A DNA stretch of 64,000 nucleotides, taken from contig CAWDXT010000027.1 of NCBI GenBank assembly GCA_963806265.1, forward strand, positions 135,214-199,213, read 5' to 3'. Both the position numbers and the translations under genes were made by a program. This stretch comes from an uncultured Chloroflexia bacterium. GTDB lineage: Bacteria > Chloroflexota > Limnocylindria > Limnocylindrales > CSP1-4. The notes beneath the pieces are model-generated. The model had not been told where the DNA came from, ran no database searches, and worked only from the letters and a program-made list of their open reading frames with translations. Shown here piece by piece: positions 10,302 to 19,530 of the stretch (the stretch's first letter is position 1; every line of letters starts with the position of its first letter).

Positions 10302-10817
10302 ATGGGCGCTGCACACGACCGACCCACGAGCGATCCTCCGTTCGATCCCCGTACCACGCCGGTGGCGCGCCGTCGCGTGCTGGTGCTGATGGGCGCCGGG
10401 GCGCTGGCTGCCGGCGGTGGTCTGAGCGTCCTGCTCGAGGCGTGCGCCGGACCGCCGATCCCGGTCACGCTCGACTTCGACCCTGCCAGCCTGGCACCCG
10501 AGACACCCACCGAGGTGCCGTTCACGCTCGATACCGGGGGATCGACGGTCCAGGGCTCGACGTGGCTGGTGCGCGAGGCCGGCGGCGACATCGTGGCCTT
10601 CGATCCCCGATGCACCCACGCCCTGTGCGCCTATGCCTGGTCGGAGGAGGACCGAGAGTTCCTGTGCCACTGCCACGATGGCGCGTTCGCGATCGACGGC
10701 AAGGTGCTTTATGGCCCGCCGCCGCGAGCCCTCGACCGGTTCCCGCTTCGGCTCGAGGGTGACGTGATCGAGGTCGATGTGCCGTCCGGGTTCCAGACGC
10801 CGAGGGAGTCGCTCTAG
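10302..10817 (+). CDS. Rieske (2Fe-2S) protein with a twin-arginine-like signal.
   Basis: ARRRVLVLMGAGALAAGG (Tat-like), CTHALC...CHCHDGAF (Rieske CXH / CXXH boxes). Confidence 0.85.
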   Translation: MGAAHDRPTSDPPFDPRTTPVARRRVLVLMGAGALAAGGGLSVLLEACAGPPIPVTLDFDPASLAPETPTEVPFTLDTGGSTVQGSTWLVREAGGDIVAFDPRCTHALCAYAWSEEDREFLCHCHDGAFAIDGKVLYGPPPRALDRFPLRLEGDVIEVDVPSGFQTPRESL

Positions 10818-10907
10818 CCAGATCCTGGCCACGCCCGCGTCGTGACGATGCCGGACAGTGGCGGACGGCACCCGGCGAGGCCTCACCGAGTCACCGGGTG
10901 AGCCACT

Positions 10908-10950
10908 CGATACAGGTCCGAGGCGCGTCCATGCACCGGGTCCTGTATCG
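10908..10950. promoter_or_regulatory. Inverted repeat CGATACAGG-N25-CCTGTATCG upstream of the TPR/NHL/cytochrome genes.
   Basis: Perfect 9-bp arms at 10908-10916 and 10942-10950, in the intergenic region between the Rieske gene and the TPR gene. Confidence 0.45.
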
Positions 10951-11037
10951 CAACTCTATCCCTCCATAGATGGGCACCAGCGCCCTCGCGCGTGAGCATG
11001 GACGCAGGTCGGCACGTCCAATTCAGCCGGCCATGGA

Positions 11038-12075
11038 GTGAAGGTGCCTTCAATGTTCCGGGTCACGTCCCTGGCCGAGATGCCCCAGGCGCAGCTCAAC
11101 CGCTGGATCAAGCGGCTGGCGCTGGTCCTGCTGATCGGCGTCATCGGGTTCATCGCGTTCTATGCCGTCGACCGCTTCCGGGCGCCTGCGGCGCCGTTCG
11201 TCGATCGCGAGACGGCCGCCATGGAGCAGGCCGTCCGTGACGATCCGACGGACATCGCGTCACGCGGGCGGCTTGCCGACCTGTACCTCGCGGCCAACCG
11301 ATACGACGACGCCATCACCCAGTACACCGAGATCATCAACACGGGCAAGGAGGACGAGCAGGCCTACGTGAGCCGCGGGCTCGCGTACCAGTTCAAGGGC
11401 GACCTCGATGCCGCGAATACCGACTTCGGGAAGGTCGTCGAGATCGCCGGTGACCTCGAGATGGCCAACGTCGACCCCATGCTTCAGACCGCCTACTACG
11501 GAATCGGCTGGATCGCGCTGCAGCAGGCCCGGCCGAGCGACGCGGTCGACAACCTGGAGAAGGCGCTCGCGATCAAGCGCACCGACGCCGACACCATGAA
11601 CCTGCTCGGTCAGGCCTACGTGCAGACGAGCCAGCCGGACAAGGCGATCGAACAGCTGCGCAAGGCAATCCTGTTCGTGCCCACCGGCTGGGCCGACCCG
11701 TACCAGGGTCTGGCCGACGCCTACACCGCCAAGAGCAACGGTGCCGAGGCCGAATGGGCAGCCGCGATGGCCCAGGCGATGAACGTGGTGGCCGGAGGCC
11801 AGGGCGACACCAGCGCAGCCGAGGCCCGACTCGAGGCCATCGCCGACGGCGACGCCGGGCTCGACGCCAGGATCGGGCTGGGGCTGCTTGCAGAGGTCCG
11901 TGGCGACAATCCCGCCGCCACCACCTGGTACACGAAGGCGCTCGAGCTCGACAGCGAGAACACCGCCGCGCAGCTCGGGCTGAGCCGCGTGAGCACGGGC
12001 ACCCAGGGGCATCCCGACGTCATGGCGTCGCCGGCTGGCGACCTGGCTTCGCCCAACACCGAAGGGAGCAACTGA
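11038..12075 (+). CDS. Membrane-anchored TPR-repeat protein.
   Basis: N-terminal TM helix LALVLLIGVIGFIAFYAV followed by repeated TPR-like helices (RGRLADLYLAANRYDDAITQYTEIIN; AYVSRGLAYQFKGDLDAANTDFGKVVEI; NLLGQAYVQTSQPDKAIEQLRKAI). ATG 11053 with the upstream GGAG is an alternative start. The stop overlaps the next start (ATGA at 12073-12077). Confidence 0.8.
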   Translation: MKVPSMFRVTSLAEMPQAQLNRWIKRLALVLLIGVIGFIAFYAVDRFRAPAAPFVDRETAAMEQAVRDDPTDIASRGRLADLYLAANRYDDAITQYTEIINTGKEDEQAYVSRGLAYQFKGDLDAANTDFGKVVEIAGDLEMANVDPMLQTAYYGIGWIALQQARPSDAVDNLEKALAIKRTDADTMNLLGQAYVQTSQPDKAIEQLRKAILFVPTGWADPYQGLADAYTAKSNGAEAEWAAAMAQAMNVVAGGQGDTSAAEARLEAIADGDAGLDARIGLGLLAEVRGDNPAATTWYTKALELDSENTAAQLGLSRVSTGTQGHPDVMASPAGDLASPNTEGSN

Positions 12076-13124
12076 TGACTGCGTCCCCCGCCACCGCCGA
12101 TACCGTCCCGCCCGAGGGCGCCGGTCCGGCCGGCGAGATCGACGACGAGGAGCCGGAGGGTCGTCGCCGGAGGATCCTGCTCCTGCTGTTCCTGCTCACT
12201 GCCCTCCTGATCCTGATCGGGCTTGCGATCTGGTACCTGCTGTTCCGGCAGCCCATTCCCGTGCCGACGATCCCGGGCGAGACGATCATGCCGGGCTACG
12301 TGACCTCGATCTACGGCCCATCGCGGCCGATGGGTGTCGCGGTGACCGCCGACGGCGGCCGGATCTATGTCGGCCAGACTGCGGGCGACCTGACGGCCCA
12401 GATGTACGGCGCCCAGGGCGATCTCGAGGGGCAGCTGCTGCCGCCCCTGTCCACGGGCGACGAGCACGTACCGGTCTACGCCGCGGTGAACCCTGCAACC
12501 GGCGACGTGTACGTGACCGACCGGCCGACGGGCTCGATCTTCGTCTACGACGCCGACGGACAGTACCTCAGCACGATCATGCCGCCCGCGGGCATCGCTG
12601 GGTGGCAGCCGCTCGGCGCTGCGTTCGACTCCTCCGGGAACCTTTACGTTACGGATGTCGGTGCCGATCCTCCGGTGGTGCGGGAGCTGGACGCATCGGG
12701 CACGCAGGTACGCGCCTTCGGCCAGGACGAGGACATGTCGTTCCCCAATGGCGTGGCGGTTGACGGGGCGGGGTACGCGTACGTGACCGACAGCAACAAC
12801 GGCCGGCTGCTCGTGTTCGACCCGAGCGGCGCGATGGTCGCCAGCATCGGGCGCGGCGCCGGCGAGGGCAACCTCGGGCTGCCGCGCGGCGTGGCGGTCG
12901 ATGGCCAGGGTCGGGTCTACGTCGTCGACACCAGCGGCCAGATGGTGTTCGTGTACGCGCAGTACCAGGCCGGGTCGTCGCAGCTCGACTTCCTCGGCTC
13001 GTTCGGGAGCCAGGGCGTCGCCAATGGCCAGTTCGCCTACCCCAACGGAATCGCCGTCGATGGACGCGGCCGGCTGTACATCGCCGACACGACCAACGAC
13101 CGCGTGCAGTTGTGGAGCTATTGA
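12075..13124 (+). CDS. Membrane-anchored NHL-repeat beta-propeller protein.
   Basis: TM helix ILLLLFLLTALLILIGLAIWYLL followed by about six NHL-like blades (PMGVAVTADGGRIYV; NLYVTDVG; FPNGVAVDGAGYAYVTDSNNGRLLVFD; LPRGVAVDGQGRVYVVDTSG; YPNGIAVDGRGRLYIADTTNDRVQLW). Confidence 0.85.
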   Translation: MTASPATADTVPPEGAGPAGEIDDEEPEGRRRRILLLLFLLTALLILIGLAIWYLLFRQPIPVPTIPGETIMPGYVTSIYGPSRPMGVAVTADGGRIYVGQTAGDLTAQMYGAQGDLEGQLLPPLSTGDEHVPVYAAVNPATGDVYVTDRPTGSIFVYDADGQYLSTIMPPAGIAGWQPLGAAFDSSGNLYVTDVGADPPVVRELDASGTQVRAFGQDEDMSFPNGVAVDGAGYAYVTDSNNGRLLVFDPSGAMVASIGRGAGEGNLGLPRGVAVDGQGRVYVVDTSGQMVFVYAQYQAGSSQLDFLGSFGSQGVANGQFAYPNGIAVDGRGRLYIADTTNDRVQLWSY

Positions 13125-13228
13125 GCCCAGGTCAGTGGGAGGGAGGTGGGATTCGGAGCCCTGCGATGCCGCCGATCGAGGCGGCCCCGTCAAGCACAGC
13201 TACCACAGAGAAAGGAGGTGAGGACAGT

Positions 13229-14448
13229 TTGAGAAGGCTGATGCTGCTCATCGCGGCCGGAAGTCTCTGGCTGTTCCTTGCCGCGGTCCCGGTCTTCGCG
13301 GACGGTGGACCGCATGTGGCTGCGATCAACAACGGCACCGGCGGCGTCAACGCCGACAGCTGTGCCGGCTGTCACCGCGCGCACACGGCGCAGGGCCTGT
13401 ATCTCCTCGTTGAGAGCTCAGGCACCGCGCTGTGCACGAGCTGCCACGGCGACTGCCGGCACCGGCGCGACGACCAACGTCGAGCGCGGCACCCAGTACA
13501 CCCTCGGCACGGCCGACGTGCGTGGCACCACGCTCCTCGGGTACCTGCGAGGGGGTGGCTTCGTTACGGCCCGTATCGGGTCCGGCCAGGTCGCACGCGC
13601 TGGCGTCGACGAGCACGTCACGGCGTCTCGCAGCGGGCCAAGGTCCCGGTGCGAACGGCCGGCTCGCAGCCCGTGACCTCCGCCCACCTGCCCAACGTGG
13701 GCGGCGTGGTCGGAGCGGCCGACGGCGTGGCCTGGGGCAACGGCCCCAACAGCGCCACCGCCTATGCCGGGCCCGAGGTCGAGCTCGAGTGCGGGACCTG
13801 CCACAACCCGCATGGCAACGGCCAGTATCGGATCCTGAACCCGATCCCGGCGCCGGTTTCGACCGGTACCGACGACATTCGTCGAGGCCGGCACCGAGGC
13901 CCCCGTCACCGACGCGGCGCTCCCGCCCGCCGGCGACACGCGCAACTACACCATCATCCAGACGCTGAACGGCACGGGCACGCTCCTCGCGAGCCAGGTT
14001 CAGGCCCTCGGCGTCGCGGCCACGGCCGGTGACTACTGGCGGCGGTACGTCCCGTGGAACGCGGCCAGCGGTGGCGTCACGACGCCCCCAACGGCGAGCC
14101 CGCGACGTTCACCACGCAGATCGCGACGTGGTGCCTCACGTGCCACTCCCGGTACCTCAGCCAGGGGTGGGACACGCAGGAAGACGACGCGATCTACACC
14201 TACCGGCACACCTCGACCAACACCACGCGCAACTGCGTCACGTGCCACGTTGCGCATGGCTCCAACGCCCAGATGACGGGCGACTACTCCGCGAACATGG
14301 ACTACCCGGGCGGCGCCGCCGCCCCGGTGGGCGACAGCCGACTCCTGAAGATCGACAACCGTGGCACCTGCCAGGCTTGTCACGATCCGACGGGGACGAT
14401 CGTCGTGGGACATTCGTCGGCCCTACGCCGGCGCCGTTCCTCCCCTAG
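13229..14448 (+). pseudogene. Secreted hexahaem c-type cytochrome (paired-CXXCH type) with about 4-5 frame breaks. The 3' end is either 14448 or 14527 depending on frame.
   Basis: RBS AAAGGAGG at 13211-13218, then TTG 13229 / ATG 13241. Signal peptide LMLLIAAGSLWLFLAAVPVFA. Haem motifs CAGCH, CTSCH, CGTCH, CLTCH, CVTCH and CQACH are spread over ORFs 13112..14032, 13278..13676 and 14054..14527, and the homologous-looking text continues across those frames. Confidence 0.75.
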
Positions 14449-14523
14449 CGACCACTCGGTGGTGGCCGGCGACGAACGTCACGGCCACCACCTCCCAACC
14501 AGGCACATCCAACCAGGATCACG

Positions 14524-16476
14524 ATGAGCACGTCCCGCCGCCACGAACATCGAACATCCCTGGTGCTCCTGCTCTCGATCGTGGTCGTTCTCGCCGCGTC
14601 CGGGCTGACGCCGCTCGTGCCTCACGTGCGCGCCGTCGATCCGAGCCCGACACCGGCCGGGAGCCCGTCTCCCGCTCCGAGCCCGACCCTGACCCCGAAC
14701 CCGACGCCGACGCCGCGACCTGATCCATCGCCCGATCCGGCCCCGACGTCGTCGCCGAGGTCAACCATTGCGCCGGCGACCTCTCCGTCGGTCGACCCCT
14801 GCGCATCGCCAGCCGCGAGCCCAGGCGCCACGGCTGAAGCGAGCCAGTCCGCCGACCCCTCCGCGAAGCCGTCGGCGTCCCCCTCAGGGTCGCCATCGGC
14901 GACACCGCCCGAGTGCCCCTCTCCATCGCCGACCTCGTCGCCGGTCGTTGACCCGTCGTCTCCACCCGCTTCCGTGCCGCCCTCGGCGAGCCCCTCGGTG
15001 CCGCCTGGGCCGTCGCCATCGCCCACGCCGGGCACGTCGATTGAGCCATCGCCGTCCGGCTCTGCCCTCCCATCCGAGTCGGCAATGCCATCCGAGTCCG
15101 CGGCGCCATCGGCGTCGCCGGAGCCCTCCGAGTCGATCGCCCCGTCGCCGTCCCCGGCGGCCCTGGGCATCGTGGTCGGACACAGATGGGTCGACGAGAT
15201 CGCGACGACCGGGAAGGTCGCCAAGGCCGGGGTGATGGACGCCGACCTGGGCGCGATGGACCGGTTCGTCGTCTATCGCGTCCGGTTCCAGGTGTCGAAC
15301 ACGAGCGACGAGGCGGTTGAACTCACGCCCGTCCTCGAGGCCGGGTACGGCGCCCAGCCCACGGGCTGGTTCACCGTTCCCGCCGTCGATCCCCTGTACG
15401 GCAACCCGTTCTACGTGGCATCCGATGACGGCAAGGTGTTCGTGGCCCGGTCGGCCGCCATCGCTGCCGCCAAGCTGCGGGACGCCAAGGGTCCGCCGGC
15501 CACCAGGAGCCAGACGCAGGATCTCGCCCCCGGCGATGCCAGCGCCGAGCCGGCCGGCAGCCCGCACACCCGACAGCACGCCGGCTCCGGATGCCAGCCC
15601 CGCACCGGAGCATGCATCCGGCGGCCCGGGGTTTCCAGCTCGGGCCTGAACCCGGCGCCCCCGATCACGCTGCCCGCCAACAGCTTCACCGAGGTCGAGT
15701 TCGCGGTGCGTGCCACCGTGAGCGCCGCGTGGTCAGGGGTGTACGCGTTCCGCCTCCAGCCCGTTGCCGAGACGATCGACCCTGGGCAGCCCCTCGTCGT
15801 CACGATGCGGGAGCGCCCGACGATCCAGCTCACGCTCCCGCGCTCGGCCACGAACGACGCTCGAACCTCGTTCGGGGGCAACCGGTACTCGCTTGCCACG
15901 CCCGTCGCCACCACCGGCCCGCAATACCGTCTGGTGGCCGACGTGCGTCTGGCGGCAACCGTCGATCCGACGTCGCCGCACATCGAAAGCTCGCTCGCCG
16001 ACGACGGCTGCGCGGCCTGCCATTCGGCCCATCGGGCCGCCCAGCAGCCGCTGATCATGAACACCTATCGCGCCGACCCGCTTCGATCGGCGACCGAGCC
16101 CTATGACGGGGCCGACTTCGCGCTGTGCATCCAGTGCCACCAGGAATCGCCGTTCGCCGACACCAGCGGGAGCGCGAACCCGCTCACCGACTTCCCCGGC
16201 CACGGGTATCACCTCGGCATGATCGAGAACGACGGCACCGGTGGCCTGGAGATCGACACCCCGGGCGACGGGCAGGGCAATGCCCTGTGCGCCGAGTGCC
16301 ACTACAACCTGCACGGTACCCCGAGCTCGGAGCGTGGCCTGGTGATCTTCGCGCCCGACGTTGAGCCCTTCAACGGTGTGCTCACGTACGACGCGCCGAC
16401 CCAGTCGTGCACGCTGACGTGCCACGGCCGGGACCACGACGGCCTCACCTTCGCGGTGCCCTCCTCGGGGAGCTGA
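14524..16476 (+). CDS. Secreted multihaem c-type cytochrome with a roughly 180-aa Pro/Ser/Thr/Ala-rich linker.
   Basis: Signal peptide MSTSRRHEHRTSLVLLLSIVVVLAASG. Low-complexity PSPTPAGSPSPAPSPTLTPNPTPTPRPDPSPDP... covers roughly 14640-15170. The C-terminal part carries CAACH, CIQCH and CAECH plus a CTLTCH (CX3CH) motif at 16408-16425. Confidence 0.8.
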   Translation: MSTSRRHEHRTSLVLLLSIVVVLAASGLTPLVPHVRAVDPSPTPAGSPSPAPSPTLTPNPTPTPRPDPSPDPAPTSSPRSTIAPATSPSVDPCASPAASPGATAEASQSADPSAKPSASPSGSPSATPPECPSPSPTSSPVVDPSSPPASVPPSASPSVPPGPSPSPTPGTSIEPSPSGSALPSESAMPSESAAPSASPEPSESIAPSPSPAALGIVVGHRWVDEIATTGKVAKAGVMDADLGAMDRFVVYRVRFQVSNTSDEAVELTPVLEAGYGAQPTGWFTVPAVDPLYGNPFYVASDDGKVFVARSAAIAAAKLRDAKGPPATRSQTQDLAPGDASAEPAGSPHTRQHAGSGCQPRTGACIRRPGVSSSGLNPAPPITLPANSFTEVEFAVRATVSAAWSGVYAFRLQPVAETIDPGQPLVVTMRERPTIQLTLPRSATNDARTSFGGNRYSLATPVATTGPQYRLVADVRLAATVDPTSPHIESSLADDGCAACHSAHRAAQQPLIMNTYRADPLRSATEPYDGADFALCIQCHQESPFADTSGSANPLTDFPGHGYHLGMIENDGTGGLEIDTPGDGQGNALCAECHYNLHGTPSSERGLVIFAPDVEPFNGVLTYDAPTQSCTLTCHGRDHDGLTFAVPSSGS

Positions 16477-16484
16477 TCCGCTCC

Positions 16485-16502
16485 CCTGTATCGCCCGATA
16501 CA
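16485..16502. promoter_or_regulatory. Palindrome CCTGTATCG-CC-CGATACA carrying the same half-site as 10908-10950.
   Basis: It lies 9 bp after the cytochrome stop (16476) and about 200 bp upstream of the TPR/resB operon start. The 2-nt spacer is too short for an RNA hairpin loop. Confidence 0.45.
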
Positions 16503-16706
16503 CGCCGCGGGCCGGATATCCACCGAACAGCCCTCCCGGGTCCCGGTCGAAATGTGCGGGCTGGCGGATGGGCCGCGGACCGATCTCCTCCGGACAATCT
16601 CATCAGGTGTCAGGCCGCGCGGTGCGCGGCACCAGATGAGGGATCCACAGATGAACCGGCTACCAGTGCGCAACCTGCGTTGCGCGCGCCCCACGGGAGG
16701 CCTTCG

Positions 16707-17957
16707 GTGAATGCGCGCGTGCTCCCGGCCACGGGTCGGGCCGCGGTGGAGAACGAGCTGCTCGCGCAGCTCGGGCTGCCGCCAAGCGCCTCGCCCGAGG
16801 ACATCGATTCAGTTCACCAATCCGCGAGCGAGTACCTCGCGGCTGCGCCCTCCGGCCTCCGTGGCTGGGCCCACGCCCAGGCCACGGCGCTCGATGCGGC
16901 GTACCTCCAGCTAACCGACCCGGTCGGTCTCCAGGGCTCGGCCCTCAGGAGCCCGGCGAGGCCGCCGACGGTCGTACCCGGCGGGCCGGCGACACCTCCG
17001 GCCCGCCGGGATTCCGTCCCGGCCGCAGAGCTCGCAACCGTCGCAGCGGCGGAAGCGGACGACGAACAGGAAGACGCACCTGTCTCCGACGCGAACGGGA
17101 CAGACTTCGACTCGCTGTATGCCTCGGTCACCCCCAGCGCCCACGCCGACATGGCCGGCGACGCGCAGCGCGTCGGCTCGCACAAGCCCCGGAAGGCGAC
17201 CGCCATCGCGGGCGCCGTCGCCGCCGAACCGGCCGCGACAACCGGACCAGCATCGGCGTCGGGTGGGATCTGGAAGCGGATCGCGCTGGCCGGTGCGGCG
17301 GTCGTGGCCGTGGTCGCCATCGCCGTTGGCGCCAACGCGGTCGTCAACGGCTCTCCGACCGATGCCACCGGGACCGACGGTGCCGCGGCACAGGCAACGG
17401 CTCCGGCGATCGACCAGGCGAAGGTCAGCAGCCTGATGGAGCAGTACCAGGCGAACCCCAAGGACACGACCGTGCTCCTGGCCCTGGCCGACGAGTTCTA
17501 CGCCGGGCAGGAGTACGACACCGCGGGTACCTGGCTGGACAAGCTGCTCGCCATCCAGCCCGAGAACGTGCAGGCGCTGCTTGCCCGGGGTGCCGTGAGC
17601 TTCAACCTGGGCGACCTGCCGGCCGCCGAGACGACCTGGAACAAGGTCGTCGCGATTGCCCCCGACAACGCGGAGGTCCACTACGACCTCGGCTTCCTGT
17701 ACCTGAACCAGACGACGCCCGACTGGGCGGGCGTTCAGCGCGAGTGGACGCTGGTGGTCAAGCTCGACCCCGGCTCCGATCTCGCTACGACCGTCCAGTC
17801 CCACCTCGACGCCCTTGCCGAGTCGTCGATGCTGCCGGCATCACCGGCCGCGTCAGGCTCGCCGGGCGGAGCGTCACCCGCTGTCTCACCCGTTGCGTCC
17901 CCGGTGGCAACGCCCGCGGCCTCGGCCGAGGCACCTGCCGCGAGCCCGCAGCCATGA
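16707..17957 (+). CDS. Single-pass membrane TPR protein with a Pro/Ala/Ser-rich C-terminal tail, possibly a cytochrome-biogenesis accessory protein.
   Basis: GGGAGG RBS at 16695-16700 and GTG 16707. TM helix IALAGAAVVAVVAIAVGANAVV. TPR-like region LALADEFYAGQEYDTAGTWLDKLLAIQPENVQALLARGAVSFNLGDLPAAETTWNKVVAIAPDNAEVHYDLGFLY. It lies immediately upstream of resB. The function is inferred only from this context. Confidence 0.65.
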   Translation: MNARVLPATGRAAVENELLAQLGLPPSASPEDIDSVHQSASEYLAAAPSGLRGWAHAQATALDAAYLQLTDPVGLQGSALRSPARPPTVVPGGPATPPARRDSVPAAELATVAAAEADDEQEDAPVSDANGTDFDSLYASVTPSAHADMAGDAQRVGSHKPRKATAIAGAVAAEPAATTGPASASGGIWKRIALAGAAVVAVVAIAVGANAVVNGSPTDATGTDGAAAQATAPAIDQAKVSSLMEQYQANPKDTTVLLALADEFYAGQEYDTAGTWLDKLLAIQPENVQALLARGAVSFNLGDLPAAETTWNKVVAIAPDNAEVHYDLGFLYLNQTTPDWAGVQREWTLVVKLDPGSDLATTVQSHLDALAESSMLPASPAASGSPGGASPAVSPVASPVATPAASAEAPAASPQP

Positions 17958-18050
17958 GCGGCCACGGTGGACGGGCAAGGATGCTCACCCATTCACGAAT
18001 CCGGCCGGTGACCGTTGTGTCGCCGCTGGGCCGGTAGGAGGTCGTCGGAC

Positions 18051-19517
18051 ATGACCCACGAGGTTGGCTCCCGGCCGCTGTCCAAGGCGACCCCACCGGC
18101 CGCCCGCCCGGCGGCCAAGCCGAGCGCAATGGATTACGTGGACCGCGGGCTCGAGGCGCTATGGTCGTTCCTGACCTCGATGCGGCTGGCCATGGTCCTG
18201 CTGCTCGCGCTCGCGGCGCTCGGCGTGATCGGGTCGATCGTCGTGCAGGCGCCCCAGGGCGTGCTGAGCGACTCGTCGGCCAAGGCCGACTTCCTGGCCG
18301 AGGTCCGCCCCAAGTACGGCGGCTGGACGGGGCTCATGGACACCTTCCAGCTGTTCGACATCTTCAACTCGCTGCTGTTCAGGATCCTGATGGCGGGGCT
18401 GACGATCAGCCTCATCGCGTGCTCCATTCACCGGACACCGGGCATCTGGCGCACGATCACCAGGCCGCGGCTGGACGTCGGCGCCGGCTTCTTCGAGCAC
18501 GCGCCCCAGCACGAGGCCGTGGTCGTGCGGCACACCCCGGCGGAGACCCTCTCGATCGTGACCGGCGTCCTGCGCCATCGCCGCTACCGCACGCTGTCGA
18601 GCGATGACGGCACCATCCACGTTTACGGCGACCGGTTCCGCTGGGCCCTGTTCTCGGGGCTGATCGGCCATCTCGCGTTGGTGGTCATCCTCGCGGGCGT
18701 GATCATCGGCGCCTACTTCGGCTACCGGAACTCGAACTTCACGATCGCCGAAGGCAGCACCCTCGCGGTGGGCGCCGAACCCGGGCTCGAGCTGCAGCTG
18801 ATCGACTTCACCGACAGCTACTACCCCGACACCGGTGCCCCCGAGGACTACGCGAGCCAGGTCGTCCTGTACAAGGACGGGGCCGAGGTCGCCCGCCAGA
18901 CCATCCGGGTCAACGACCCGCTCCACTACGGCGACACGACCTTCTACCAGGCGTACTTCGGCCCGGCGGCCGTGATGACGATCAAGGATGCGAGCGGGAA
19001 CGAGGTCTACAACGAAGGCGTCCCGCTGGCCTACTCGGCCGAGGGCGGCCGACGGGCCGCGATCTTCCTGATCCCCGGCACCAGCTACACGGGCGAGCTC
19101 GTGTCGACGCTCGGAACCACGGACGCGGACATCAAGCCGGGACAGATGCAGGTCACGCTGTATTCACGCGACAGCGGCTCGGTCGTCGACAGCCAGGTCG
19201 TCGATCAGGGCACGGCGGCGACGGTGGGCGACCTGACCGTGACCTTCGATCGCGAGAGCCAGTTCACGGGGCTCAGCGTGTCGCGGGACCCCGGTGTGAT
19301 GCTGGTCTGGCTGGGCGGCGCGCTGCTGTTCGGTGGGTTCGCCCTCCGGTTCCTCCTCCCGCACAAGCGCGTCTGGGCGCGCATCACCCCGCGCGGCAAG
19401 GACGGCGCCGTGCTCGCGATGGCGAGCCTCGGCAGCCGCGACGCGGCGCTGGGCACCGATTTCGAGAAGCTCGTCAGCGACGTCCGCGCGGCGCTCCAGG
19501 CGCCGGCGCGGGCCTGA
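18051..19517 (+). CDS. resB: Cytochrome c biogenesis protein ResB/CcsB (System II).
   Basis: AGGAGG RBS at 18036-18041. LWSFLTSMRLAMVLLLALAALGVIGSIVVQ matches the typical ResB N-terminus. It has a large extracytoplasmic domain and a C-terminal TM helix, and lies adjacent to ccsA. Confidence 0.85.
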   Translation: MTHEVGSRPLSKATPPAARPAAKPSAMDYVDRGLEALWSFLTSMRLAMVLLLALAALGVIGSIVVQAPQGVLSDSSAKADFLAEVRPKYGGWTGLMDTFQLFDIFNSLLFRILMAGLTISLIACSIHRTPGIWRTITRPRLDVGAGFFEHAPQHEAVVVRHTPAETLSIVTGVLRHRRYRTLSSDDGTIHVYGDRFRWALFSGLIGHLALVVILAGVIIGAYFGYRNSNFTIAEGSTLAVGAEPGLELQLIDFTDSYYPDTGAPEDYASQVVLYKDGAEVARQTIRVNDPLHYGDTTFYQAYFGPAAVMTIKDASGNEVYNEGVPLAYSAEGGRRAAIFLIPGTSYTGELVSTLGTTDADIKPGQMQVTLYSRDSGSVVDSQVVDQGTAATVGDLTVTFDRESQFTGLSVSRDPGVMLVWLGGALLFGGFALRFLLPHKRVWARITPRGKDGAVLAMASLGSRDAALGTDFEKLVSDVRAALQAPARA

Positions 19518-19530
19518 GGGAGTACCTGTC

